DNA of 64,000 nt, taken from positions 2,451 through 66,450 of the forward strand of contig CAVQIK010000017.1 in the NCBI GenBank assembly GCA_963712535.1. Reading direction: 5' to 3'. A program made the position numbers and the translations under genes. Numbering within the stretch: position 1 is the stretch's first letter; the number at the start of each line of letters is the position of its first letter. This DNA comes from an uncultured delta proteobacterium (GTDB lineage: Bacteria > Desulfobacterota > SM23-61). The notes below the pieces were generated by a model that worked only from the letters and a program-made list of their open reading frames with translations, was not told where the DNA came from and did no database searches. Positions 28,934 through 40,285 of this stretch are shown piece after piece.

Positions 28934-29746
28934 ATGGGACGGCGAAATAATCTGTGCGTTCGGTTGCTGGGGGGAATCTGCCTGGCGGCTTCCGCCTTTC
29001 TGTCGGCGGAATTCGCGGGGGCACAACCACCGGTGCCGCCGGAATTGAAAGACCTCATCCAGGTCAATATTCACCAGCTGATCGTAGACCCGGCCAGCAT
29101 GCAACCGGTGGTCTTCCTCGCCGATCCCGACGGGGAGCGGGCCCTCCCGATCTGGATCGGGCCGTGCGAAGCCAATTCTCTGAGCGCCGAGATGGAAGGC
29201 ACCAAGCCCGTCCGGCCCCTCACCTACGACTTCACGGCGACCCTCGTTGAAAAGCTGAAGGGAAAAGTCCGGCGGGCCGTCGTGACCCACGCGAAGGACG
29301 GCATCTATTACTCGGCCCTGATCATCGACCGGGAAGGAGCGTCGGTCGAGATCGACGCCCGCCCGAGCGATTCCATCATCCTGGCCACGAAGGTCAAGGC
29401 CCCTATCTTCGTCTCCGCCAAGCTCTTCAACGAAAATTCCATTCCCCTGAAAGAGGCGAAGGGGCCCGAGGCCTCCTACGGACTCACGGTCCAGGAACTC
29501 AATTCCTCCCTGGCCCATTCCTTTTCCTTTCAATCCACCAAGGGAGCGCTGGTGGCGGATGTGCGAGGAGGAAGCCAGGCGGAAAAGGACGGAGTCCAGC
29601 GGGGGGACATCTTCGTCGATGCGGGGGGTGAGGCGGTATCCGATCTTACCTCCCTACGGAACACTCTTGCAAAGCGCAAGGCCCCCCTGAAGGCCAGGGT
29701 CTTCCGCAAAGGGAAATTTGTATCCCTCACCCTTAATCCCAAGTGA
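28934..29746 (+). CDS. Bifunctional nuclease (DUF151) domain plus PDZ domain, with N-terminal signal-like peptide
   Basis: LPIWIGPCEA, RPLTYD, IDARPSDSI; C-terminal YGLTVQEL..GALVADV..GSQAEKDGVQRGDI. Confidence 0.8.
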   Translation: MGRRNNLCVRLLGGICLAASAFLSAEFAGAQPPVPPELKDLIQVNIHQLIVDPASMQPVVFLADPDGERALPIWIGPCEANSLSAEMEGTKPVRPLTYDFTATLVEKLKGKVRRAVVTHAKDGIYYSALIIDREGASVEIDARPSDSIILATKVKAPIFVSAKLFNENSIPLKEAKGPEASYGLTVQELNSSLAHSFSFQSTKGALVADVRGGSQAEKDGVQRGDIFVDAGGEAVSDLTSLRNTLAKRKAPLKARVFRKGKFVSLTLNPK

Positions 29747-29818
29747 AGCGTTCCATGCGATTAATGAGTCTGCGGATTGGGGTAATATCGGCCGCGGCGA
29801 AAGCACACGCAGCTTTTC

Positions 29819-30136
29819 CTAACTCTGAATCTTGATCTCGCTCACCTGAATGATAGGCTGAATCGGGGTGTAGTTCGGTATGTCGGCCATAATTGCCGCC
29901 GCATGCGGCCCAAAAGCAGCCTGAAAAGCCTCGACCGATTCACAATAGATATGCCCCATTGCAACGTAGGTCGGCTTTGTTCCCGGCGCTCCTCCCGCAA
30001 GACCCTGTTCCACGGCGATGCTCTTGCAGGCGCTGCCCATCTTTTGCTTAACCATCGGCATGTGCTTCTCGCAGTAATACTTCATGTCGAAGCCCTTACC
30101 CTCCGTATACGGATACAGCACGCTTACCTTGATCAT
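29819..30136 (-). CDS. EthD family protein
   Basis: MIKVSVLYP..FDMKYY..HMP..DIPNYT. Confidence 0.88.
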   Translation of the reverse strand: MIKVSVLYPYTEGKGFDMKYYCEKHMPMVKQKMGSACKSIAVEQGLAGGAPGTKPTYVAMGHIYCESVEAFQAAFGPHAAAIMADIPNYTPIQPIIQVSEIKIQS

Positions 30137-30512
30137 GGGCGACCTCCTTCCGGTGATTTCTTGGAAGCCAAAAAAACCCTCCTCCTAATATACCACAATG
30201 GCCGATACCCCCCAATCTACGCCATCGATAGCAACCTGTCACGCGATAATTTCAAGGACGACGTGTCGGGTTAGGAAAGCAAATTCCGCACGATACGCGG
30301 TTTTGAAAATTACACCTACAACTATTCAGCGGAGGGGTGCTTAGGAGGTTGAGGATTACTGAAAGAAATGACGCATCCCAATTCAATAGATGAAAATCAT
30401 ATCGAAACCTTTTTGATGGTCCGAAAACAGAGGAGATATAGCAGATATCTATACCAGCATCCTTGCCAAAAACTCTATTTTTCTTCCACCCTCTTTCGTG
30501 GGCTCATTTGGA

Positions 30513-33004
30513 TCATTTCTGGTCCAATACACGCCGCACGAGTTCGGCCCCCTCTCGCACGGTAAACGGCTTCATGATGTACCCCCGGAATCCCATAGCC
30601 GTGGCCTTTTCAGACGAAATCAAGTCACTGTATCCGGTGCACAGAATGACCGGAATATCAGGCCGCATGCGCATGAGCTCCTTTCCTAAATCCTCGCCGG
30701 TCATGAACGGCATCGTTTGATCCGTAATCACCAGGTCGAATTGAGAAGGATTTTCGGAGAAAAGTCTCAATGCCTCCTGACTGTCCATGAGCGCTGTAAC
30801 CTTGTATCCAAGATGTTGCAGCATATTCTGGACGGTTTTAATATTGAAATCCTCATCGTCCACCAGCAGGATCCGTTCATTTCCCCTGGGGATCGGTTTA
30901 GGGGTTTCTGGCGTCCACCGAAGTTCTGGTATCAACCTTGGGAAGATAAACTTTAAAAATGGAGCCTTTGCCCGGCTCACTGTAGACGGTGATGCCTCCC
31001 TTGTGATTCTTTACGATCCCATAGACTACCGATAGCCCAAGTCCCGTCCCTTCTCCGACCGGTTTCGTGGTGAAGAAAGGCTCAAAAATCCGTTTCTTAA
31101 CCTCTTCGTCCATACCGGACCCGGTATCCTTTACCGAAAGGACCAGGTAGTCTCCCGGTTGCATATCCGCCTCGGGCAGATCAGTCGAACCGAAGGTAAT
31201 GCCTTGAAGGGAGATGTCGATCGATCCCGTGGTTCCCCGCATGGCATAAGCCGCATTCGTGCAGAGATTCATGATCACTTGCTGGATCTGAGAAGGGTCA
31301 GCAGAAACTGCATCCGATTCCGTCTCCAGGATGAAGTTTCATTTGGATGGTGGTCGGAATGGAAGATCGCAGTAGTTTGAAAGTTTCTTTTATGAGGGGG
31401 GTCAAAGTCAAGACCTCTTGCTTCTTTTCGGACTTGCGGCTGAACAAAAGCATTTGCTTCACCAGGTCTTTGCCGCGCAGCCCAGATTTGAGAATCAGGT
31501 CCAGATTCGTGCGGACACCAGATCCCCCGGGGAGGTCAAAAAGAGCCATTTCTGAATTAATTACAATCGCCGCAAGGATGTTGTTGAAATCATGGGCGAT
31601 GCCCCCGGTCAGGGTGCCAATGGCCTCCAGCTTCTGAGCTTGGCGCAGTTGTTGCTCGGCTTTTTCGCGCCTGACCATTTCCTCTTGTAATTCCTTATTG
31701 ACTCTGGCCAGGTCAGCGGTCCGCTTCTGGACACGAATTTCCAACTCGTCACGGGATCTGCGAAGTTCCTCCTCTGCCCGCTTGCGCTCCATGATGTCGC
31801 GGCACAGCGCAAGAATCAACGGCGTTCCGTTTTTTTCCACTATCGTCGCATTGATCTCAACGGGAGTAATTGTGCCATATTTATCAATGTAATCGATTTG
31901 CAAATTCCTGATATATCCATCCCTGGCACACTTGGCGACGGCCTCTGCATTTTTCTCCTTCTCATAATCAGCGGTCCACTCAATGACAGTTCTGCCGCGT
32001 ATTTCGTCTAGACCGGTATGTCCGGTAAAGCGGACGTATTCCGCATTTGCATCAATAACCCTGCCTTCTGTATCGATAATCACATAGCCGGTATCAGTCG
32101 TTTCAACAAGAGTCCTGTATATACCCTCACTCTCGCGTAACATGTTCTCCGCCTTTTTGCGCTCGGTGATGTCAAAGAAGAAAGAGAGGATATACCGCTG
32201 GCCGTCCATGACGAACATTTCACCGCCCGCGACGGTGTTGATGAACTCCCCGTTCTTCTTCCTCAAGGTCAGCTCGACGTTCTCAAGATGACCCTTCTGA
32301 GCGAGCTCAGTGACCACGCGCTGGCGTTCCTCCGCCGAGGTCCAGATGTTCAGTTCCACCGTCGTCTTACCAATAAGCTCCTCCCGCGTGTATCCAACGA
32401 GTTTGGCGTAGGCCTCATTAGCGTCCACACATCTTCCATCCGCCCACCAACTTAGGATCGTCGCCGCCGGGTTTACCCGGAAGATGGAGGAGAACAACTG
32501 CTGCGACCGCTGCAAAGCCTCCTCTGTCCGCTTACGCTCGGTGATGTCGCGTACGACACTCACCCAACCAATTCGTTTGCCCTGATCATCTTCAAGAGGC
32601 ATCACGCTGTGGTTCGTAAAAAACACCTCGCCGTTCCTTCGCTTCATTTGAAACTCGGGCAGATCAAGACAGCCATTCTCCTCTACCGCGGCGAAAAGTC
32701 TCTTCCTAAACTCTTCCAACTTTTCTTCGTCAACGTGAAGGAAATTGGTCGTTTGACCTAACATTTCCTCTTTCCTGTATCCGAAAATCTGCGACGCAGC
32801 TGGGTTGCAGTTCAGAATCCGAGTAGTCTTTGCATCGAGGATGAAAACCGCCTCGCGCAAACTGGCAAAGGTCTTTTCTAATAATTGAAGGCTGTTCTTA
32901 TACTGACGGAAGAGTTGAGGGTCTTGCTTCATTAAACCTTCTCCGTCTGCGACTTCTTCCGCCCGCTGACGAAGCAATTTGGTATCGTGTTGTTCCCTTT
33001 TCAT
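30513..33004 (-). CDS. Hybrid sensor histidine kinase (3 PAS-HisKA-HATPase-REC), split by two frameshifts
   Basis: PAS/PAC repeats (DITERK), GGIAHDFNNIL, NLCTNA, DTGSGM, EPFFTTK, GTGLGL; receiver ILLVDDE/DQTMP/KP. Pieces are in ORFs 31298-33097, 30898-31278 and 30513-30980. Confidence 0.88.
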
Positions 33005-33571
33005 GCTTGGGGCGTCCGTTCCTATGAGCCCAGGTTTTTGGTACCAGGTTATGGAGGAAGATGGAATCAGGATACTCTCCCGCGAACGGACAATCAAGAG
33101 GGGAAAAAGCTACCCAGTTGTCCCCTTTCCCCCCGCTGCAATCAATGATTCCCCTTTGAACTATTGTATTCTGAAGAGAAAAAACAAAAACTCGACTTCA
33201 GGAAGGAAGGTTGCATGGGAACGGCCCAAAACCTCTCTAATACAGAGGTCCTCGGGGCAAGATTTTCTGGATTCACGCCGCCAAGACCGAGGAGTTCAAT
33301 TGATAATTCTCGGCTTCAAACGCCCTACCCTGGCAATCCCCAAAGTAATCCCTTAGACCACCTACTGACTTCCGGTCGTAAGCGTGAATTTTCCAGCGTG
33401 CCTCGAATGATGGAATCATGACCAAATGGAATAAAAAAATAGTCGTTCATCTGTTATTCCTTTCGTTAATTCTCCGCGCTCTCTGCGATCTCGGCGAGAT
33501 TCATTCTGAGGGGCATGGTTCCGCGCAGGAACTCATGCCCCTGCCTTCCCTAAGGTCTCCGGCGGAGGCGC

Positions 33572-34168
33572 CTATTTTTTCTCGGGCTTGGGCTTGGGTT
33601 TGTCGAGAGCAATGGCCAATGCCTGGGTGTAAGTGATGACCACCTCATCCCCCGCCTTTAGACCCTCTATGTTCTTGGGATCCATCACTTTGACGTCCAC
33701 GATATTTCCCTTCGGCCCTTTGAGAGTCACATAGTTCTTCTGGGGGGAAATCTCCATGACCGTAGCGGTTACCGTCACCTGGTTCGCCTTGGCGGCGGCC
33801 GGTGGTTCCCCGAGTTTGGCCCCCGTCGTAGCCTGCTCGGTTTTCACTCCTTCGGCCTCTCCCGGCTTCTTCAGGCGGTAGGCGATGGACTCATAATATT
33901 TAGCCACAACTTTGTCCCCCACCTTCACCTGGTCCAGATTTTTGGCTTGCTGCTCTACTTTCAACTCTACGATTTTCCCACCCGACCCCTTGATCGTCAC
34001 CACCCGGTTGGGGATGTCTACGGCTTCCACCGTACCCGTAAGAGTCACCACTCTCTCCCGCTTAGCCTCCGGTTTGGCCTTTGCGGGAGCCTTCTCCTGG
34101 GCCATGGCCCCGACCCCTACTGCAAGGGCAAAAAGAACGACCAGCACATAAACGACTCCTCTTTTCAT
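33572..34168 (-). CDS. Exported protein with two OB-fold-like repeats
   Basis: Signal peptide; duplicated TV..VD..RVVTIKG..G...KV...NL..VKVGD.V..Y. Confidence 0.75.
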   Translation of the reverse strand: MKRGVVYVLVVLFALAVGVGAMAQEKAPAKAKPEAKRERVVTLTGTVEAVDIPNRVVTIKGSGGKIVELKVEQQAKNLDQVKVGDKVVAKYYESIAYRLKKPGEAEGVKTEQATTGAKLGEPPAAAKANQVTVTATVMEISPQKNYVTLKGPKGNIVDVKVMDPKNIEGLKAGDEVVITYTQALAIALDKPKPKPEKK

Positions 34169-34689
34169 CGGACTCCTCCCTTCTGAAATGCCCCATTTTC
34201 ATGGGTTTATTCCTGCTCTCCGATGGTCTTACGCCAGGCCTTCCGCTGAGTCTGTGATCAGCCGAATCGAGAGCCGCCTTATTTACAATGTAATCATCCG
34301 CTTGCAGGAAGACATGGGGCAAATAACCCATTGTTCAAGCCAGGATCAAATTTGTAAAAAGGGGAGCCATAGGAATCCGTTTATAGGGGCCGATCAAGGA
34401 AAAGACAGGTGGTATAGGCAGATCAGCATAAAGGGGTGGTTCAACTGGTGCAACGCCTTGCCAAGATATGCTTGTTATCGGAATGAAGATATCCAATTGA
34501 AACGTTCACAATTTTGAGAAGGAGGCTCGGCAAGGACTTCAGGAAGGAAATCCTCATCCGCCAAAGAATTCGCTACCTTTTAAATTCCCTAACCCCTTAT
34601 TTCACCGGGGACGAGTCCTCACTTTCAAAGCTATTCGGTACCGCACCTTTTGTGACCTCCTCTCGTGAAGTCCAAATTGAAATTCTCAC

Positions 34690-34860
34690 GGCTTCTTTTC
34701 AAAATTCCCGACACTCTTTTGGGCCGCCACCTCATCTGGAAGATAAATAGCAGGACCAGGCCTGTTTTTCAGCCCGAGAGGTTTCACTTTAAGCCTATAG
34801 GCGCGGGAACTTGACCAAGGGTGATCCTGCGATGATTCAACCAATGCAGGCGCGAAAAAG
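34690..34860 (-). pseudogene. C-terminal remnant of a REP-associated tyrosine transposase (RAYT)
   Basis: ALVESSQDHPWSSSRAY resembles the RAYT AGLV..PEDYPWSS motif; no N-terminus present. Confidence 0.45.
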
Positions 34861-35154
34861 ACTGAGGTGAATATCCCCCGATTATGAATTAGTGAAAAAA
34901 TAATGAATTTGTGGTATTTTTGCCCATAAAAAATTTCCAATCGGGTCCCGCGCGAGGGAAACACCCGAAACAAAGGGGCCCTCATTTAAAAGCTCAACTT
35001 CACCGTTGAAAGAAAGAGGAGGTGATGCCCGAGATTTTTGCCAGCTGAACATGTTCATTCAGGGTTAGGGTAAATCATCAAGCTTCAATGCAGGAAACAG
35101 GGGGGTTCATTCAGATCCATTTGATCTGGTTGAGAAAAAGGAAAGGAGATCCCG

Positions 35155-36726
35155 ATGAAAAGCGGCTTCACGAAGATTTTGCTGGTGATGGTTCTGATCT
35201 GTGCGGTAGCCACTCCCGCGATGGCCGAGAAGGTCCTGCGCTGGGCCAGCCAGGGAGACGCCCTGACCTACGATCCCCATTCGGCCAACGAGTCCCCGAC
35301 CAACCTGGCCATGCAGCAGGTGTATGAGACTCTGGCCATCCGAAATCCGAAGTATGAAATCGTTCCCTGCCTGGCCACGAGCTGGAAAGCACTCGATCCC
35401 AAAACGTGGGAGTTCAAGCTTCGCCAGGGAGTTACTTTCCATGATGGGACCCCGTTTACCGCCGAGGACGTGGCCTTCACCATCACCCGGGCCAAAGGGC
35501 CCACCTCGGAATTCCGCAATTACCTGACCACGGTCACCGGCACCAAGGTAATCGACGACCATACCATCCACATCCTGACCTCCGGGCCCGACCCGGTCCT
35601 GATCAACAACCTGTGCTACGTTTTCATCATGTCCAAGAAGTGGTGTGAGCAGCACGGGGCGACGGCAGCGCAGGATTTTAAGGCCAAGGAGGAGAAATAC
35701 ACGGTTCGCCACGAGAACGGGACCGGGCCGTACGTCCTCCAGATCCGCGAGCCGGATATCAAGACCATCCTGGTGAAGAACCCGAAGTGGTGGAATGCCA
35801 AAACGTACCCCTACGAGATCGACAAGATCATCTATACGCCCATCGCCAACCCTGCCACGCGGGTTGCCGCCTTGCTGTCCGGAGAGGTGGATTTCCTCCT
35901 GGACCCGCCTTTCCAGGATCTGGACCGGTTGAAAAAGAACCCCAATCTCAAAGTGGGCCAGATCGCCCAGAACCGCAGCATCTTCTTCGGGCTCGAGCAG
36001 GCCAGGGACGAGCTGCGCTCCTCGAACATTAAAGGTAAAAACCCGTTCAAGGACAAGCGGGTGCGCCAGGCCATGAATCTGGCCATCGACGGTAATGCCA
36101 TCCAAAAGGTGATCATGCGCGGGTTGTCCCAGCCGGCCAACGTCATCACCGCACCCATGGTGCATGGGTACCCCAAAAACCTGGACAAGCGTCCCCCCCC
36201 TGACCTGAAGAAGGCGAAAGAGCTCCTGGCCGAGGCCGGGTATCCCAACGGTTTTGAAGTGAAGCTGGATTGCCCCAACAACCGCTACAACAACGACGAG
36301 AAGATCTGCCAGGCGGTCGTGGGGATGCTGGGCAAGGTGGGCATCAAGGTCAACCTGGACGCCCAGTCCAAGACTCTTCATTTCCCCAAGATCACCAACA
36401 GAACGTCTGATTTTTACATGCTGGGCTGGGGGGTGGCCACGGTGGACTCCCACTACGTCTTCACCTACCTGACGATCAAGGACGGTCCCTGGAACGGATC
36501 GGGCTACACCGATCCGCGGGTGGAAGAACTCACCCAGGCCATGAGCGTGGAGATGGACCAGGCCAAGCGCGACGCCATGATCGCCGAGGTCTGGAAAAAA
36601 CTCACCGATGATGTGGTCTATCTCCCCCTCCACCATCAGGTGATCGTCTGGGCGATGAACAAGAAGCTGGATATGCCCATGCAGCCCGACGACCAGCCCC
36701 AGTTCTGCTGGGCCAGGATGAAATAG
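35155..36726 (+). CDS. ABC transporter substrate-binding protein, family 5 (Dpp/Opp)
   Basis: WEFKLRQGVTFHDG, NGTGPY, DKRVRQAM, AKELLAEAGY. Confidence 0.93.
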   Translation: MKSGFTKILLVMVLICAVATPAMAEKVLRWASQGDALTYDPHSANESPTNLAMQQVYETLAIRNPKYEIVPCLATSWKALDPKTWEFKLRQGVTFHDGTPFTAEDVAFTITRAKGPTSEFRNYLTTVTGTKVIDDHTIHILTSGPDPVLINNLCYVFIMSKKWCEQHGATAAQDFKAKEEKYTVRHENGTGPYVLQIREPDIKTILVKNPKWWNAKTYPYEIDKIIYTPIANPATRVAALLSGEVDFLLDPPFQDLDRLKKNPNLKVGQIAQNRSIFFGLEQARDELRSSNIKGKNPFKDKRVRQAMNLAIDGNAIQKVIMRGLSQPANVITAPMVHGYPKNLDKRPPPDLKKAKELLAEAGYPNGFEVKLDCPNNRYNNDEKICQAVVGMLGKVGIKVNLDAQSKTLHFPKITNRTSDFYMLGWGVATVDSHYVFTYLTIKDGPWNGSGYTDPRVEELTQAMSVEMDQAKRDAMIAEVWKKLTDDVVYLPLHHQVIVWAMNKKLDMPMQPDDQPQFCWARMK

Positions 36727-36761
36727 TCCTGATGGGGAGACGGTCTTTCCCGCGGGCGGCC

Positions 36762-36814
36762 TTCACCCCCACCCAAACCCTCCCCCCTCGAGGGGGAGGG
36801 GCGGGGTGGGGGAG
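36762..36814. repeat. CCCTCCCCC-N5-GGGGGAGGG REP hairpin
   Basis: Intact version of the hairpin that is interrupted at 45394-45905. Confidence 0.75.
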
Positions 36815-36899
36815 ATTGATTTCCTGCCGGGCTCGGATAATAAACACAGAATCTTTGTAACTGTTTACTTTTAACTGTTTCAGAATTGCCAGGAAACCT

Positions 36900-36975
36900 C
36901 AGAAATCCCCCCCCTTTTTCAAAGGGGGAAGTATATCTCCTCCCTTTGAAAAAGGGAGGCCGGGAGGGATTTCTG
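36900..36975. repeat. Double REP hairpin (REPIN-like)
   Basis: CAGAAATCCC...CCCTTT/AAAGGG x2...GGGATTTCTG; related to 39123 and 50576. Confidence 0.75.
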
Positions 36976-37030
36976 GGAAGACTTTTCAAAGCGGTGAATT
37001 GATACAAATCTTTCTTCCACCCAAGGGGTC

Positions 37031-38014
37031 ATGCTCTCCTACATCTTAAAACGCCTGCTGCAATCCGTCGTCGTGATGCTCTTCGTGGCCTTCATCTGCT
37101 TCGTTCTCTCCAACTACGTGGGGGACCCGGTGAATAACATGGTGGGCCAGGAGGCCACCATCGCGGACCGGGCCGCCCTGCGGCAGGAGCTGGGGCTGAA
37201 CGACCCGATTGTGTTCCAGTTCGGGCGTTTTGTCGGCCGGGCGGTTCAGGGAGATTTCGGAATTTCATATCGCCAGCAGAGGCCGGTCAAAGTCCTGCTC
37301 CGGGAAAGGCTTCCGGCAACCCTGGAGCTGGTGTTCGTTTCGGCGATCCTGGCCCTTTGTATCGGGGTGCCCTGCGGCGTGTACACCGGCCTGCACCGCG
37401 ACAACTGGTTGAGCCGGGTGTTCCTCTCCACCTCCCTGGTGGGGGTGTCTCTGCCGACCTTCGTCACTGGCATCCTCCTCATATACATCTTCGCGGTTAC
37501 CTTCAACCTGCTTCCGTCCTATGGGCGGGGAACGGTCGTGAAGGCGGGATTCTGGACCACCGGTTTTCTCACCGCCAGCGGCTGGAAGGCCCTCATCCTG
37601 CCTTCCATCACCCTTTGCCTTTACCAGTTGGCCCTGATTCTGCGTATCGTCCGGTCGGAAATGCTCGAGGTGCTGCGGACCGACTACATCAAGTTTGCCC
37701 GGGCCCGGGGGCTTACCGACCGGGTCATTCACTTCGGCCACGCCCTCAAAAACACCCTCATCCCGGTCATTACCGTGACCGGCCTCCAGGTGGGATCGCT
37801 GATCGCCTTTTCCATCATCACCGAAACCGTTTTCCAGTGGCCGGGAATGGGATTCTTATTCATCCAGGCCGTGCTCTTCGCCGACATCCCCATCATGGCC
37901 GCTTATATGACCCTGGTGGCCCTGTTTTTTGTCATCATCAACCTCATCGTGGACCTGCTTTATTTCGCCGTGGACCCCAGGCTGCGGATCGAAAGGCGGG
38001 CGGCGGGAGTGTGA
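37031..38014 (+). CDS. ABC peptide permease (DppB-like)
   Basis: GDFGISY, ATLEL, ARARGL, ETVFQWPG. Confidence 0.93.
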   Translation: MLSYILKRLLQSVVVMLFVAFICFVLSNYVGDPVNNMVGQEATIADRAALRQELGLNDPIVFQFGRFVGRAVQGDFGISYRQQRPVKVLLRERLPATLELVFVSAILALCIGVPCGVYTGLHRDNWLSRVFLSTSLVGVSLPTFVTGILLIYIFAVTFNLLPSYGRGTVVKAGFWTTGFLTASGWKALILPSITLCLYQLALILRIVRSEMLEVLRTDYIKFARARGLTDRVIHFGHALKNTLIPVITVTGLQVGSLIAFSIITETVFQWPGMGFLFIQAVLFADIPIMAAYMTLVALFFVIINLIVDLLYFAVDPRLRIERRAAGV

Positions 38015-38159
38015 AAGAAAGCAAAAAGCAATAGGCAACGGGCAACAGAGCAATTCTTTGCGGGCTTTTGATCAATCCGCCCTGCACTACGTTGAGTGCA
38101 GGGCAGCCCTGAACCTCACATGGTTCAGGGCGCAATCGGCAATCTGGAAATCCAGAATT

Positions 38160-39071
38160 ATGGGCTGGCTGAAACGAGTGATCGACCACGACATTTTCTA
38201 CAGCTTCACCCGCTCGTGGGTGATCATGCTGGCGGCCTTTGTCACTCTGTTCATCGTCGTCACCTCATTATTCGCCCCCTGGGTCACGGTCCACGATCCT
38301 TTCAACCCCAGCAGTCTGAATCTCATGGATGCCTTTACCCCGCCCATCTGGGTTGACGGGGGCAAATGGACCTATCCCCTCGGAACCGATGACCAGGGAC
38401 GGGACATTCTGTCCACCATCCTGTTCGGCAACCGGATCTCCCTGCTGGTGGGCTTTCTATCGGTTCTCCTGGCCATGCTTATCGGGGTCAGCCTGGGGAC
38501 GGCGAGCGGATACATCGGGGGATGGCTGGATTCCCTGATCATGCGGCTGGCCGACGCCCAGCTCACCGTTCCCCCGATCCTGATCGCGCTCCTGGTGAAC
38601 GGAGTAGCGCGGGCCTCGCTGATGAACGAGCTGCAGGAAGGCCTCGCGATATATGTCCTGGTCTTCTCCATCGGGATCGCCGCCTGGCCGCAGTACGCGC
38701 GGGTGACCCGGAGCGGTGCCCTGGTGGAAAGGAACAAAGAGTACATCGCGGCGGCAAAGGTGATCGGCGTGCATCCGGTGATGATCATGGTGCGCCACAT
38801 CGTCCCTAACGTGATGGGGCCCACTCTGGTCATGGCCACCATCGGCGTTCCGCTGGCGATCATCATCGAAGCAACTCTTTCCTTCCTGGGGGTGGGGGTT
38901 CCTCCGACCACTCCTTCCCTGGGCACGCTGATCCGGATCGGGAATGAGTTTCTTTTTTCCGGGGAATGGTGGATCACGATTTTTCCCGCCGTGGCCCTCG
39001 TGCTGCTGGTGCTCTCGGTGAACTTGATCGGGGACTGGCTGCGCGACACCTTCAACCCCAAGCTGCGCTAG
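38160..39071 (+). CDS. ABC peptide permease (DppC-like)
   Basis: LGTDDQGRD, EYIAAAKVIG, EATLSFLGVG. Confidence 0.92.
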   Translation: MGWLKRVIDHDIFYSFTRSWVIMLAAFVTLFIVVTSLFAPWVTVHDPFNPSSLNLMDAFTPPIWVDGGKWTYPLGTDDQGRDILSTILFGNRISLLVGFLSVLLAMLIGVSLGTASGYIGGWLDSLIMRLADAQLTVPPILIALLVNGVARASLMNELQEGLAIYVLVFSIGIAAWPQYARVTRSGALVERNKEYIAAAKVIGVHPVMIMVRHIVPNVMGPTLVMATIGVPLAIIIEATLSFLGVGVPPTTPSLGTLIRIGNEFLFSGEWWITIFPAVALVLLVLSVNLIGDWLRDTFNPKLR

Positions 39072-39122
39072 CAGAAACAGTTCGGTCGTATGATGAATAA
39101 TTTCCAAAATTGCCAGGATTCC

Positions 39123-39234
39123 CAGAAATCCCCCTTGATCCCCCTTTTTCAAAGGGGGAATTTGACTCTATTATCTGACTCAAATTCAAAAAGCTCTCCT
39201 CCCTTTGAAAAAGGGAGGACGGGAGGGATTTCTG
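39123..39234. repeat. Double REP hairpin (REPIN-like)
   Basis: Same architecture as 36900-36975. Confidence 0.75.
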
Positions 39235-39301
39235 AGAAAGCTTTTCAAATAGCTAAACCGTTGCGCGTTTGTTCAAACGCTGAGTTGGTAGCTGTAAGCT
39301 T

Positions 39302-40285
39302 ATGACTGCCTTGCTCGAAGTGGACTGTTTGCGAATCGAATTCCCGACCCGGCGCGGCATTCTCGTTGCCGTGGATGACATCTCTTTTTCTATTGAGGAG
39401 GGAGAGGTCCTGGGGGTGGTGGGCGAATCGGGCGCGGGCAAATCGGTCACCGGGGCGGCGGTCATCGGCCTCTTGGAGCCGCCGGGGCGGATCGGCGAGG
39501 GAGACATCCGCTTTGAGGGGCGGCAGCTCATCGGCCTGCCTCACGAGGCGATGCGCAGGATCCGGGGCGCGAAGATCGGGGCGATCTTCCAGGACCCCCT
39601 GACCAGCTTGAACCCTCTTTACCCGATCGGCCGCCAGATCATCGAGACCCTCACGACCCATACTGAGCTTTCTCATTCCCAGGCGCGGTTCAGGGCCGTC
39701 GATTTATTGAATGAGGTTGGCATTCCTGCCGCGGAACAAAGGCTGGATTCCTACCCCCACGAATTTTCCGGGGGAATGCGTCAGCGCGTGGTGATCGCGC
39801 TGGCGATCTGCTGCAACCCCCGGCTCATCATTGCCGACGAACCCACCACGGCTCTGGATGTGTCGATCCAGGCGCAGATCATCGCACTCCTGAAAAACCT
39901 CTGCCATGAGCACCGCACGGCGATCATGCTGATCACCCACGACATGGGAGTCATCGCCGAGATGTCCGACCGGGTGGCGGTGATGTACGCCGGCCGGATC
40001 ATGGAGATCGGCCCTTTGCACGACGTGGTGAAAACCCCCAGGCACCCTTACACCTTGGGTCTCATGGAATCCATTCCCAAGGTAGGCCAGGACAAAGATC
40101 AGCTCTCTCATATTCGGGGGTCCATGCCCCGGCTGCAGGAAATTCCGCCGGGCTGCCCTTTCCATCCCCGCTGCCCGGATGCGTTTGACCGCTGTCAGGT
40201 TGACCGACCCGATCTGATGGACACCGGGCACCCCCGCCAGGGCGCTTCCTGCTGGAAATACGCGAGGACGGGTTCCCATGTTTGA
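39302..40285 (+). CDS. ABC peptide ATPase (DppD-like)
   Basis: GESGAGKS, FSGGMRQR, DEPTTALD, CPFHPRC. Confidence 0.93.
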   Translation: MTALLEVDCLRIEFPTRRGILVAVDDISFSIEEGEVLGVVGESGAGKSVTGAAVIGLLEPPGRIGEGDIRFEGRQLIGLPHEAMRRIRGAKIGAIFQDPLTSLNPLYPIGRQIIETLTTHTELSHSQARFRAVDLLNEVGIPAAEQRLDSYPHEFSGGMRQRVVIALAICCNPRLIIADEPTTALDVSIQAQIIALLKNLCHEHRTAIMLITHDMGVIAEMSDRVAVMYAGRIMEIGPLHDVVKTPRHPYTLGLMESIPKVGQDKDQLSHIRGSMPRLQEIPPGCPFHPRCPDAFDRCQVDRPDLMDTGHPRQGASCWKYARTGSHV

